The notes under the pieces: model-generated | Told to the model about the DNA's origin: nothing | Databases searched by the model: none | The model's input: the letters and a program-made list of their open reading frames with translations, nothing else | Part shown: positions 17,687 through 27,139 of the stretch, piece by piece | How the letters are laid out: every line of letters begins with the position of its first letter | Numbering within the stretch: the first letter of the stretch is position 1 | Translations under genes and position numbers: made by a program | Origin: a virus | Lineage: Duplodnaviria; Caudoviricetes | Direction: 5' to 3' (one strand) | Length of the DNA: 64,000 nucleotides | Virus record (IMG/VR): IMGVR_UViG_2754412319_000001 | Location: 1 to 64,000 of that record

Positions 17687-20600
17687 TTACATTTGACCTA
17701 GTGCAACTTGCTTGATCAGCTTCTTCGTAGAGCCGCCCGTGACGATGTCGTTGCTGATTGCGGCGACGACGTCATTCGGACCCATCTGCGGCTTTTGATC
17801 CGGGGCCACGACCCACACGTTGACGTGCTGCGGCTGCTTTTCGCGTTCAGGCTTCGGTGCCGGCGTGCTCTTCGAGATGACACGATTACCGTGGGCGTTG
17901 AGGTTGTCGAGGAAGTCGGTGCCGACCGCCGACACGGCCCCATCGTTTAGCACATACTCGCCGTCTTTCAAAAGAGCATGTACGGAGTCACGACCGGGCA
18001 TACCACCAGTCACGCTGCCGCCCAACACGAAGCGCTTCACGCCCGCCGAGCGGGTGACGAGACCGTTGCTGACGGAACCGCCCTGGACTGCGAGCGCGGT
18101 GCCAGTGGAGGGCATGTCGAAGCCGCCCGTGGCCGCGGGTGCAGCGGAAGCAGAAGCAGAAGCTGCCGTTCCGAACATGCTGAGGACGCCCTTGATGAGC
18201 ATCAGCGCGGCCTGCTGTTCGAGAATCTGCAAGACCATCTTCAGGAACGACACGCCGAAGTCCCTGACCGCCTGACCAGCGGTCTTGGAATGGGTGGTCA
18301 GGTCGTCGAAGAACTGGATCAACGCGTTGTCGGTCCCGTTCAGCATGTTGGCGTACCCGTCGATCGCCATCGAGGTCGCGTTGTGCGTGTCGAGGAAGTT
18401 CTTGTTCGCCTCGTTGATGCCCTGCATCAGCGAAAAGGAACCAGTGGTGGTCTTCGCAGCCAGCTTCTCTTGCAGACGCTCTTGACTCTCGACGAGCGCG
18501 TTCGATTTGTCTTGCAGCGAGTTGAGTTCTCCCTGCTGCGCAGTGCGCTCCGTGGTGAGGCGCACGATCGTCGCTTCGAGGCGTGCCTGCTCCTCCCGCT
18601 TCGCAGGATCAGCCTTCGCCGCAGCGAGTTGCGCGTACAGGCCGGTAGCGGGTGAACCAGCGCCATCGCCTTCCTCGCCGAGCATCGCCGTACGGGCGTT
18701 GACTTGCTTCCGCAGTTGCTCGATCTCGCCGCGCAGCTGGGTGATGTTCGCCTGATACGTGACGAGGTTACGAGCGTCGACAACGTCCTGGTCGGCCGCT
18801 GCCTTGAGGCTCAGCGACTGACGTTGGACCTGGCTGAACTGAGCCGAGTAGCGCGGATCGCTCATATACGCCGCCGATGCTTGATCGGCAACCACGGGGT
18901 ACGAGTTGCGTTTCAGCTCGATAGCCTGATTGCTCGCCCGCGTCTTCTCATCGCCCTTGAGCGTGGTCATGAAGGCGTTGAACGCCATTCGAGCGCGATC
19001 CTCGTCCTCCTTGAACTGCGCGGCCTTGATCTGCTCATTGAGCTTACGCACGCGCTCGGTGTTCTTGTCGATCTGCGAACGAACCTTCGCGTCCATCTCG
19101 TCCTGCAACGACTGAAGTTGCTGCTTCACGTCATCTGCATAGTCGCGGTGGTCGCCAACCTGAAGCGTCGGGCTGGTCTTCTTCAGCGTGTCGATCGCAC
19201 GGTTGTACTGGTTTTTGATCAGCTCAACGGCGACATCGCCGAGCTGCCGTGCCTTTTCCGGATCACGGGTGATACCAGCTTGGGTGTCGACTTCTGCCAG
19301 CTGCGCTTGAAGCGCGCGCTGCGCGGCCGAGTTCGTCGCCTTCAGTGATGGTGCGGCCTCGACGCGCGCGTTTTCGATCTTGCGCTGGATGTCGTTCTGC
19401 GCAACCTTCAGTCGATCGATCTGCGCGCGCAGGAACGACTTCTGGATCTCGTCGTCAGACGCGTCCAGCTGGCCCTGGAGCTGACGCATGAGCTGGCTGT
19501 TGGCCGCGCCTTGGGACGCCAGATCCGGGTTGTTCAGCAGGCTCTGGTAGCGGCCGAACGCGCCAGCGCCGCTGCCGATGCGCTGCACATAGTTGCGCGT
19601 CTCGGGCTTGAGCGCGTTGACGAACTCCGTCTCGGTCACGCCGGTCGGGTTGCGGAAGTCCATCGAGCGCCCATCCGCGCTCGTGGTGGCCAGCAGCTTG
19701 TCGACGTAACCGGGACCGCCGTTGTAGGCCGCGAGGGCGAGCGTCGAGTTGTTGCCGTACTTCTTCAACTGCGCGTTGAGGTACGCGCGGCCGATCGCCT
19801 CGTTGTACGTAGCGTCGTTCCGGTAGCGATTGTCATCCCAAGGCAGGCCGGCCAGCCGTGCCGCTTCCGGCGCGGTGTCAGGCATCACCTGGGCGATGCC
19901 GATTGCGCCCTTGCTGGAAGTGATAGGACGCCCGCTGGCGTCGAACTGCCGGTTGCCGCTCTCCTGCGTCTTCAGGGCCGTCCAGAGCGCGTCCAGACGC
20001 GACTCCGGGGAGCCGAGCACACCGGTCGTGCGCGTGACCGCCGCCGTGACCGCGTTGGCAATCTCGCGAGCGTCCGGGTTGGAGTTGGCGTAGCGCTGGC
20101 TCGCGAGGGACGTGTTCGCACGGTCCAGATCGTGCTGGTAGCCCTGCGCCGTTTGCAAGCCGTTTGTAACCTTTTGGAGATTCGCGAGAAGGTTGGACAG
20201 TGCCTGCTCCTCGGCGTACGAGTTCGCCTTTTCAGCGTCCGAGATCCCCGGCACGGCACGCGCTTGAATCGTCTTTGCGATCGCCGTATTGACGGCCGTT
20301 GCAAAGGCCCGCTGCGCGTCCAGATCGCGCGGTTGACCGTTGATGCCAGCTGCGTCCACCAAGCCCGCCTGAACGTTGCCAGACACGTCTGCGCCGGCAT
20401 CCTTCAGGTACTGAATGATTGCCGGGATGGTGTTCTTGCTCACGCCCTCGTCGATCGGCAGGTATCCGGCCGACCGCTTGCCCCCCGGCAGCGCATTGAA
20501 GCGGGTCGGCTCATACCCGGACAATCCAGTCTCGTCCATCGTACCGACACCGGGGGTGCTCATTCCCGGCGCGCGTTCGAGCTTGTCGCGCGGCCCGGAA

Positions 20601-23542
20601 AATGCCCCCTTCTGGAAGTCGCCAGCGGCTTGGCCAGCGGTTTCCTTCGCACGCTCAACCATAACGTCGAGCTGCGCGCCGAGCACGCTCGTGTTCATCT
20701 CGTAGCGTTTGCCCAGCTCGCCTTGCAGTTGTTGCAGTTTGGCGATCAGGTCTTCGGTCTTGCTGATCGCGCTCTTGTCGAGCGTCACACCGTACTTTTC
20801 GAACTGCGCGCTTACGTCGTCGATCTCGCGCTTGAGCTGTTCCGGGTGCTCGTTGAGCGCGGCCATCTTGTAGCGCAGGGTATCGATCTGCTGGCCGATG
20901 CTGTCGTACGACTGCTTCGACGAGGTCACGGCATCCTTCGCAGCGTTGACAGCCGTACGCTGGTCCTCGAAGGCCTGCTTCGAGTCATTCAGCTTGTTGA
21001 CGAGGTAGACGACGCCGGCCGTTAGGCCTGCGATGGCCCCGAGCACAAGGCCGACCTGACCGCCCATCGCGGCGAGACCAGCTGCGGCTTCGAAACCCCC
21101 GAACGTCATGCCCGCGATGCCGCCGAGCAGCCCACCGACGTACTTCAGGCCGACCGCGAGCGCTCCGGTGCCGATCAACGTGCCGACCGTCTCCGTGACC
21201 CCCGCGTAGTTCTTCAGTGCGGTCTCGGCGCTCGACGTGAGGTCGAGCAGGTGCTTCAGGCCGTCGAGCAGTGGCGTGAAACCTTCGCCGACCAGGAGCG
21301 ACGTCTGGTTCTTGAAGCGGTCGTACTGCGCGCCGAGCGTTTCCATCTGCTCGGCATTGGCGCGAACTGCGGCATCCGTGTGGTTGAGCGTCGACGAAAA
21401 GTCGTTCATCTCGGCCAGATTGCCCGAGAGCGCCGTGAAGGCCGATGCGCTGCGCGCCTCGAACGCCTGCATGGCGTCGGCGGCAGTGAATCCCGCGTCC
21501 TTCAGGTTTTTCAGCGCGCCATACAGACCTTGCGACTTGACGTTGATGTCTTCCTGCGTGAGACCCAGCTGATCCAGCGTCGCCTTGAACTTCTGGCTCG
21601 GCTTTTCGAGGTCGATCAACAGTTGACGCAGTCCACCACCGAGCGTCGCACCAGAGGCCGTACCAGTGTTCGTGATGGCCACTGTCGCCGACAGCATTTC
21701 CTTGAATGAGACACCAGCTTCGCTCGCGGTCTCACCAGCCGTTTCGATCGACGTCTTCAGCTTGTCCATCGTCAAGCGCGACGAGTTGACCGCCTGAGCG
21801 ATCATGTTCGTAACCTGGACGGTATCGCTTGCCGAGATCTTGAACGCGCCGAGCGAGCCTGTGACGGTGTCAACCGTCTTGTTGAAGTCTTCGCCGGTTG
21901 CGGTGGCGAGGTCAGCCACACCACGCAGCGCGACGCCGAGCTGGTTGGTGGTGACGCCGGTCTCCGACAGGGCGGCAGCGGCCTTGGTCAGATCCGTGGC
22001 GCTGTACCGAGTCGCATTCGAGACAGTCTCGATGGTCGCGGCGAGCGAGGCGAGTTGAAGATCGGTCGCGGACGTGATCGTCTTCAGGTGCGCCAGCGCT
22101 TCTTCGTACTGGATCGTGTTCTGCAACGCCGACGAGAACGCGGTCTGTACACCACGGGTTACGCTGTAGTTGGCGAGGAGGGCGGTCTGCGTCAGCGCGA
22201 TCGAGGCCCCACCGTCGCCAAAGGTCTGGCGATAGCGACGAGCGCGCGTGGCCGCATCCTGTTGATCCTGGTATTCCGGGCTTGAACGCAGGGCAGCGGC
22301 TTCCTGTTGCGCCGTGCGCTTTGCGTCTTCCACCTGCGCCGCGCGCAATTGACGCTCGAACGTTGCGTCTGCTTGCTGTTGGCGACGACGGTCCTCACGA
22401 ATGGCGTTATCCCAGTCGTCGAGGAATTGCTTCTCCTTTGCCTTGTCGCGTCGGAGGTTTTCCAGGTGGGCGGCATCCCACTCGGAGTTGAAGCGAGCTT
22501 CCGCCGCCTTGTCCCGCTTCAGGTTTTCGAGATGCGCCGCGTTCCACGTCTTGTCGAACGCTGCCTCGGCGTCGCGCGTGCGTTTGTGATCCTCAACCTG
22601 CGCGGAGCGCAGTTGACGTTCGAACGCGACGTCAGCGCGTTGCGTGCGCTGACGGTCTTCGACGATGGCCTGATTCCATGCCTTCTCGATCGCGGCCTGC
22701 CGGCTGCGCTCCTCGGTCAGCGCGGCGGTCCAGTCCTTTTCGAGCTGCTTGCGCTCGTCGCTCAGGGTCTTCGCCGCCTCGCGCTCGGCGCGCTGCTGCG
22801 CGCCGACCGTCGCGCGCAGCGAGGTCGCGAGATCCGCCTTGTCGGCGCTCACGATCGCGAGCTGGGCCTGCGCGACGTCGACGTTCTGGCCGCTGTCCAG
22901 CGCGCGGCCGAGGCGCACGCGCGCGCCGCGCTCGCGCAGATCAATTTCCTGCTTCAGCTGGTCGAGACGCTGCTGACCATCGCGCATGTCGCGTTTGGCC
23001 GCGGCCTGCGTCGCGGTATCGCTGTCGACGATCGCTTGCTTGTAGCGCTGCTGGGCTTCGGTGATCCGCGCGGTGATCTCGTAGATCCGCGTTGCGGCGC
23101 TCATCTGCGACGTCGAGTATTCGCGGTTCGCCTCTTGGGCGACCTGAAGCTGTCTCTCAAGGAGGACGCGGCGCTCGGCCGCGGCGTTGAGCGCGGTCAG
23201 CTGTTCGAGCTGCGCGCGATTGTCGGAGCCGAAGAGCGCCTGCGAGCGCGTGCCTTGCACCAGTGCTTGGTTGATCTGCGCCTGTGGCCCGCCCGAGCGC
23301 ACGGTAGCGAGCATGGTTCGCATGTCGCGCTGAAGGCCACCGATCGCGGCCAGGATGTTGGACTGACTCGGATCGGTGGAAGAGACACCGGGGATGGAGA
23401 TCTGCTTCGCGATCCCACTGATGTCGTTGAGGCGCTTGAAGATCTCGGTGAGGAGGGTCGAGAGGGACTGCGCGTCCTGAAAGATCTTCGGACCAAGGGA
23501 TAGGTCCAGTTGCCCTTGTTGTACTTGATTCTCGCCCGCCAT
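17687..23542 (-). CDS. Tape measure protein with an embedded lytic transglycosylase domain
   Basis: 1951 aa, Ala-rich, Trp-spaced repeats at ~22300-22760 and a TP901-like core. SLT motifs QESG..GAIGIAQVMP..ALAAYNGGPG at ~19700-19970. Confidence 0.95.
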   Translation of the reverse strand: MAGENQVQQGQLDLSLGPKIFQDAQSLSTLLTEIFKRLNDISGIAKQISIPGVSSTDPSQSNILAAIGGLQRDMRTMLATVRSGGPQAQINQALVQGTRSQALFGSDNRAQLEQLTALNAAAERRVLLERQLQVAQEANREYSTSQMSAATRIYEITARITEAQQRYKQAIVDSDTATQAAAKRDMRDGQQRLDQLKQEIDLRERGARVRLGRALDSGQNVDVAQAQLAIVSADKADLATSLRATVGAQQRAEREAAKTLSDERKQLEKDWTAALTEERSRQAAIEKAWNQAIVEDRQRTQRADVAFERQLRSAQVEDHKRTRDAEAAFDKTWNAAHLENLKRDKAAEARFNSEWDAAHLENLRRDKAKEKQFLDDWDNAIREDRRRQQQADATFERQLRAAQVEDAKRTAQQEAAALRSSPEYQDQQDAATRARRYRQTFGDGGASIALTQTALLANYSVTRGVQTAFSSALQNTIQYEEALAHLKTITSATDLQLASLAATIETVSNATRYSATDLTKAAAALSETGVTTNQLGVALRGVADLATATGEDFNKTVDTVTGSLGAFKISASDTVQVTNMIAQAVNSSRLTMDKLKTSIETAGETASEAGVSFKEMLSATVAITNTGTASGATLGGGLRQLLIDLEKPSQKFKATLDQLGLTQEDINVKSQGLYGALKNLKDAGFTAADAMQAFEARSASAFTALSGNLAEMNDFSSTLNHTDAAVRANAEQMETLGAQYDRFKNQTSLLVGEGFTPLLDGLKHLLDLTSSAETALKNYAGVTETVGTLIGTGALAVGLKYVGGLLGGIAGMTFGGFEAAAGLAAMGGQVGLVLGAIAGLTAGVVYLVNKLNDSKQAFEDQRTAVNAAKDAVTSSKQSYDSIGQQIDTLRYKMAALNEHPEQLKREIDDVSAQFEKYGVTLDKSAISKTEDLIAKLQQLQGELGKRYEMNTSVLGAQLDVMVERAKETAGQAAGDFQKGAFSGPRDKLERAPGMSTPGVGTMDETGLSGYEPTRFNALPGGKRSAGYLPIDEGVSKNTIPAIIQYLKDAGADVSGNVQAGLVDAAGINGQPRDLDAQRAFATAVNTAIAKTIQARAVPGISDAEKANSYAEEQALSNLLANLQKVTNGLQTAQGYQHDLDRANTSLASQRYANSNPDAREIANAVTAAVTRTTGVLGSPESRLDALWTALKTQESGNRQFDASGRPITSSKGAIGIAQVMPDTAPEAARLAGLPWDDNRYRNDATYNEAIGRAYLNAQLKKYGNNSTLALAAYNGGPGYVDKLLATTSADGRSMDFRNPTGVTETEFVNALKPETRNYVQRIGSGAGAFGRYQSLLNNPDLASQGAANSQLMRQLQGQLDASDDEIQKSFLRAQIDRLKVAQNDIQRKIENARVEAAPSLKATNSAAQRALQAQLAEVDTQAGITRDPEKARQLGDVAVELIKNQYNRAIDTLKKTSPTLQVGDHRDYADDVKQQLQSLQDEMDAKVRSQIDKNTERVRKLNEQIKAAQFKEDEDRARMAFNAFMTTLKGDEKTRASNQAIELKRNSYPVVADQASAAYMSDPRYSAQFSQVQRQSLSLKAAADQDVVDARNLVTYQANITQLRGEIEQLRKQVNARTAMLGEEGDGAGSPATGLYAQLAAAKADPAKREEQARLEATIVRLTTERTAQQGELNSLQDKSNALVESQERLQEKLAAKTTTGSFSLMQGINEANKNFLDTHNATSMAIDGYANMLNGTDNALIQFFDDLTTHSKTAGQAVRDFGVSFLKMVLQILEQQAALMLIKGVLSMFGTAASASASAAPAATGGFDMPSTGTALAVQGGSVSNGLVTRSAGVKRFVLGGSVTGGMPGRDSVHALLKDGEYVLNDGAVSAVGTDFLDNLNAHGNRVISKSTPAPKPEREKQPQHVNVWVVAPDQKPQMGPNDVVAAISNDIVTGGSTKKLIKQVALGQM

Positions 23543-23953
23543 TTATCGTTTCCCGAAGACTGCTGCCAACCGGCGTTGGGCGTCCGCGAAGTCTTTGGGC
23601 ACGTTTTCTTGGGAGGATTCGGATGTGCTCGAAGCAGTCCCTGTGCCGAGGACTTCGGAGAGAAGGATCGCCAACGTCTGGAACTGTTGCACGTGGTTTG
23701 CTTGGCGTTCGCCGAGCTTCAACCGTGTGCGGATTTTAATGTCCTCGCGACTGTACTTCCAGAAAATAATAGGCAGTGCAGAAGGCACCGTTTCGAATGC
23801 CCAGCACACTGCCTCGCTGAAGGTGAGATCGCGGAACCAGTCCGTGTATGCGGTTAGCTTGCCGGGCTTTCGGCCAGCTCTTTCAGGGCCTTCAACCGGC
23901 TTTCCTTGTCCTTGTGCCCCATGACGATTCTCTCCATCGTCCGGACGAAAAAA
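23543..23953 (-). CDS. Tail assembly chaperone GT extension (-1 frameshift product)
   Basis: The -1 frame relative to 23854..24255 is open from the T TTT TTC site to 23543 and reads ...KLTAYTDWFRDLTFSEAVCWAFETVP... Confidence 0.75.
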   Translation of the reverse strand, partial: FFRPDDGENRHGAQGQGKPVEGPERAGRKPGKLTAYTDWFRDLTFSEAVCWAFETVPSALPIIFWKYSREDIKIRTRLKLGERQANHVQQFQTLAILLSEVLGTGTASSTSESSQENVPKDFADAQRRLAAVFGKR

Positions 23954-24255
23954 TCAGTTGCGTGCTGCGATACCCAATCGAGCAGACGTTCACCATCTTC
24001 GATGGACATCTCGATTCGATTGACGTTGATCGGCTTGACGACGTTACCTTCTTCGTCGCGATCGGAAAGCACGACCATCAAGGCGAAGTCGCGCAGTTGA
24101 GAGTTGGCGGTGACTTGCAACGCGCCTTGAGCATCGCCAATGCCACGGCAAAGTTCGTTGAGCAAGCCAAAGGACATGAACAAGCTCTTCTTCTCGCCGG
24201 CCAGGGTGATTTCGAGTTTGGCGGAAGGGGCTTGTCGCGTGGTGGTGGTCGACAT
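23854..24255 (-). CDS. Tail assembly chaperone (lambda gpG-like)
   Basis: 133 aa between tail tube and tape measure. Confidence 0.8.
   Translation of the reverse strand: MSTTTTRQAPSAKLEITLAGEKKSLFMSFGLLNELCRGIGDAQGALQVTANSQLRDFALMVVLSDRDEEGNVVKPINVNRIEMSIEDGERLLDWVSQHATDFFVRTMERIVMGHKDKESRLKALKELAESPAS
23947..23953 (-). other. Programmed -1 ribosomal frameshift heptamer T TTT TTC
   Basis: GAT TTT TTC in the G frame; a TGA lies immediately upstream in the -1 frame. Confidence 0.8.
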
Positions 24256-24271
24256 GTTTCGGTTCCCTAAT

Positions 24272-24320
24272 GAAAAATCCCCACGATTATGAGTCGCGGG
24301 GATTGGTGCTTCAAGGTTTT
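24272..24320 (-). promoter_or_regulatory. Terminator-like hairpin after the tail tube, overlapping a sigma70-like promoter
   Basis: AATCCCCGCGA..TCGTGGGGATT plus T-run. TTGAAG(24314-24309)-N17-CATAAT(24291-24286) preceded by AAAAACC. Confidence 0.5.
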
Positions 24321-24340
24321 TCTCCGTACCGGATTGAACC

Positions 24341-25132
24341 TTAGTTTGCCGACGCCAGCATCGCTTGCCCGAACGGCAGGAAGTCGTCGTAGAACGGGTC
24401 CGTCGAGACCAGATCGTACGGCTGGAACTTGTACGGCAGGTTGCCGAACGCGTCGGTCTTGAACGCCAGCGTGAAGCCTCCCGTGATACGGATCTTCGGG
24501 ATCAGCAGCGCAACCGGCGTGTTGTCGGCGAGGTTGCCGACCACCTTCGCGGCGAGGAACGGCTGGTTGGCCTTCGAGCCGATACCCACCACGTTCACCT
24601 TCTGGACCACCGTGCCGATCGGCAGCTGGTAGTCGAACTTCTGCGAGCTGACGACTTGCAGCGTCTTCGCCGTCGAGTCGATGGCCTTGACCTTGGCGAC
24701 GAGCATCCGGTCGCTGTAACCCGGCACGACCGCTTGAATCCAGTCGCCGACTGCGAAGCCCGTGGCCGACGTGACGGGCAGCGTGTCCGCGCCCGCGGCG
24801 TTCGCCGGCACGTCGGCGTTCAGCGTGGTCTTGATCGTCGACGGGGTCAGCGCCGAGCCGTCGAGACCGAGGCCGTATGCGAGGTTCTTCGACGTGTGCT
24901 CGAACACTTCCATCGTGGCGGTCACGGGGTTGCCCGTCATCACCGAGTACACGACACTGTTCTTCACGCCCTGCGTCAGCTCGGTGTACGCCGGCTGGCC
25001 GCTGATCGTGAAGTTCTTCACGAGGCCGATCGAGTGCTCGTCGGGATTGAGGTTGAACAGGTCAGTTTGGGGGCCGATCATCACGGTGGCCGACCCCAGC
25101 ATGAACTTTTCGGACTTTGCTTCACCAGCCAT
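24341..25132 (-). CDS. Major tail tube protein
   Basis: 263 aa from MAGEAK, followed by a terminator and the chaperone genes. Confidence 0.8.
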   Translation of the reverse strand: MAGEAKSEKFMLGSATVMIGPQTDLFNLNPDEHSIGLVKNFTISGQPAYTELTQGVKNSVVYSVMTGNPVTATMEVFEHTSKNLAYGLGLDGSALTPSTIKTTLNADVPANAAGADTLPVTSATGFAVGDWIQAVVPGYSDRMLVAKVKAIDSTAKTLQVVSSQKFDYQLPIGTVVQKVNVVGIGSKANQPFLAAKVVGNLADNTPVALLIPKIRITGGFTLAFKTDAFGNLPYKFQPYDLVSTDPFYDDFLPFGQAMLASAN

Positions 25133-25166
25133 CGTTAGTTCTCCGGTTGAAAATTCTGGTGGGGCG

Positions 25167-25203
25167 ATCGTACGTGTGATACCTTCGCGAATCAAAGGTT
25201 TTT
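25167..25203 (-). promoter_or_regulatory. Putative sigma70-like promoter of the tail tube gene
   Basis: AAAAACCT-TTGATT-N17-TACGAT on the minus strand. Confidence 0.45.
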
Positions 25204-25227
25204 ATTGGTATATGGAGGAACCACACG

Positions 25228-25422
25228 ATGGAGTTGGAAGAGCGCGAAGCCTTTACGGTACGCATCCCCGTCACGCTCGATCTTCAGATCAAGCAGCGCG
25301 CAAGGGTCAACCGTCGAACGCGGAATGCAGAGATTATCCACCTGCTTGAGACCGCGATCGACAGTGCCACGAGCGCCGATCAGAAGCTCATCACCAGCAT
25401 TACGAAGAAAGATCCGCAGTAA
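25228..25422 (+). CDS. Arc-family ribbon-helix-helix regulator
   Basis: EAFTVRIPVTLDLQIKQRARVNRRTRNAEIIHLLE; GGAGG RBS; opposite strand to the flanking tail genes. Confidence 0.85.
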   Translation: MELEEREAFTVRIPVTLDLQIKQRARVNRRTRNAEIIHLLETAIDSATSADQKLITSITKKDPQ

Positions 25423-25861
25423 CTGTGGACGATGCCATGAACGCCACCCACTTCATGGATCGTCCCAACCCCCCACCTACAGGCAAGACGCGCACGCCGT
25501 TTTGCACCACCATCGTCCCCAGCTTATCCCCCTTCAACGCATCGAGCACGTCGATCGACTTCGTCGGCAGCAGCCTTTGAACCACTGCGCTCATCACTCG
25601 TGTCAGATTGAAGTCGTTCGTGTCATTCTCGGTCGCGACGCCGATGACGGCGGATACCGTCGTCAGGTGTTCGTCGAAGTCGAGCGAATACTGGGCGACT
25701 CCGATCAGGTTTCCGGCCGGTAGCTTGTCATAGTCGTGATACGAGTCGAAGAAGACTGGTTGAAGCTGTACGCCCGTCGAGGCCTGAAGGCTGGTCGCCT
25801 GATCTGCGCAGAATCGCAGGAGACTCGACAGGTGATCGCCGTAGAGGTTTTCGCTTTTCAT
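25400..25861 (-). CDS. Tail terminator/completion protein (putative)
   Basis: 153 aa immediately upstream of the tail tube; assigned by position. Confidence 0.6.
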   Translation of the reverse strand: MKSENLYGDHLSSLLRFCADQATSLQASTGVQLQPVFFDSYHDYDKLPAGNLIGVAQYSLDFDEHLTTVSAVIGVATENDTNDFNLTRVMSAVVQRLLPTKSIDVLDALKGDKLGTMVVQNGVRVLPVGGGLGRSMKWVAFMASSTVTADLSS

Positions 25862-26619
25862 AGGTATGGTTCAACTGCTCGGTTGATGATCGGAAAGATC
25901 ATGTTCTGCTGATACCAGAGGATGTAGGCGCTCACCAGTGGGCGGTACGCCCCGCGCCGGTTGTTCGTCAACTTCGCGGCGAGGTTGTTTGTCTCGGGCA
26001 GGAACTGCTCGACCATGTTGGCGATCATCACGTTCATGTTGTCGAGCTTCGGGAGCCAGTCCACTACGATGCGAACGGTGTCGGAGGGGCGGCTGTAATA
26101 TCGCCCACCCACCTTGACCCCATTGCGCATCGTCCCAGCGGGATAGCGGCCGAGACCCTGCATGCGCGTCGCGTCGATCGTCACCTTGACCTCGCCGAAA
26201 TACTGCGACGGGTTGCCGAGACGCATCAACTCGTTACGCAGGGAGTTCTTCATCTGCTTGGCGTCGCCGATGTGCTTACGGCGCATGCGACGCGACTCAG
26301 GACTGTTCTTCACCCGGCGCGGAAGGACGCTGTACTGGAAATAGTCGACGTGATCGTTTTTCTCGTAGTGGAGATAGAAATACGTCAGCTCGTTCCAGTG
26401 GACTCCGACTTCATCGAGCCATAGCGGTGGTTCGGACGAGCCGATAGAACCTGTCCCGACGAGATCGACGAAGAAGGAGTCCAGCTTCTTCGTGATCTCG
26501 TCCTTGATCTTCAGCGAAACCTTGTCGGCATAGTCGGCAAGGCTGTTCGTGACGTTCTGGAAGATGAAGTTCTGGACGAACTGCATCACGCTGTCCTGAA
26601 CAGCCTTGACGTCGGCCAT
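25858..26619 (-). CDS. Neck/tail completion protein (putative)
   Basis: 253 aa coupled to its neighbours; assigned by position only. Confidence 0.55.
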   Translation of the reverse strand: MADVKAVQDSVMQFVQNFIFQNVTNSLADYADKVSLKIKDEITKKLDSFFVDLVGTGSIGSSEPPLWLDEVGVHWNELTYFYLHYEKNDHVDYFQYSVLPRRVKNSPESRRMRRKHIGDAKQMKNSLRNELMRLGNPSQYFGEVKVTIDATRMQGLGRYPAGTMRNGVKVGGRYYSRPSDTVRIVVDWLPKLDNMNVMIANMVEQFLPETNNLAAKLTNNRRGAYRPLVSAYILWYQQNMIFPIINRAVEPYL

Positions 26620-27137
26620 TATTCAGCCTCGGCGACGGTGACACCCAGCTCGAACTTCACATTCGAGATGCGATAGTTGTTCGGCCCGATCAGGTCGCCC
26701 TCTTGCAGCGGGAACCCGGTGATGATGCGATAGCGCTGACGCTTGGAGTTGCTCACGTCAGTGGTCTGGCCGAGCGGGCGCACGTCGTACCACGTCTTTC
26801 CGATCGTCGACATCGCGTCGTTGCGCGCGAATCCAGACACAGGGTCGGTCTGGTGCGAAATTCGTTGAACATCCCCATTGAACGGGAGATGAAACATGCG
26901 GAAGATCGCATCGTTGGCCGTGCGGCTGAAATCGCCGAGCACATAGTAGAAGCCGAGGTCGTTGACGGTGTCGCCAGGGTTGGCGACAGAGCCGCGGCGC
27001 ACGTGAAGCATGCGCTGCGGCGTCGTGAACTGCTCTGACGACGACTTCGCGGACGGCGAGGACACGATGCCGTACACCTTGGCGTTGCCTCGCGACACGT
27101 TCACGAGGATTCGGGTGAGCTGCGGTAGAGTGGTCAT
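26619..27137 (-). CDS. Head closure/stopper protein (putative)
   Basis: 172 aa beta-rich; assigned by position. Confidence 0.55.
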   Translation of the reverse strand: MTTLPQLTRILVNVSRGNAKVYGIVSSPSAKSSSEQFTTPQRMLHVRRGSVANPGDTVNDLGFYYVLGDFSRTANDAIFRMFHLPFNGDVQRISHQTDPVSGFARNDAMSTIGKTWYDVRPLGQTTDVSNSKRQRYRIITGFPLQEGDLIGPNNYRISNVKFELGVTVAEAE

Positions 27138-27139
27138 GA

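Noticed and set aside
22300-22760. Internal repeats in the tape measure N-terminus (WxxAxxED..FERQLRxAQVED)
   Set aside because: Trp-spaced repeats are normal for tape measure proteins.
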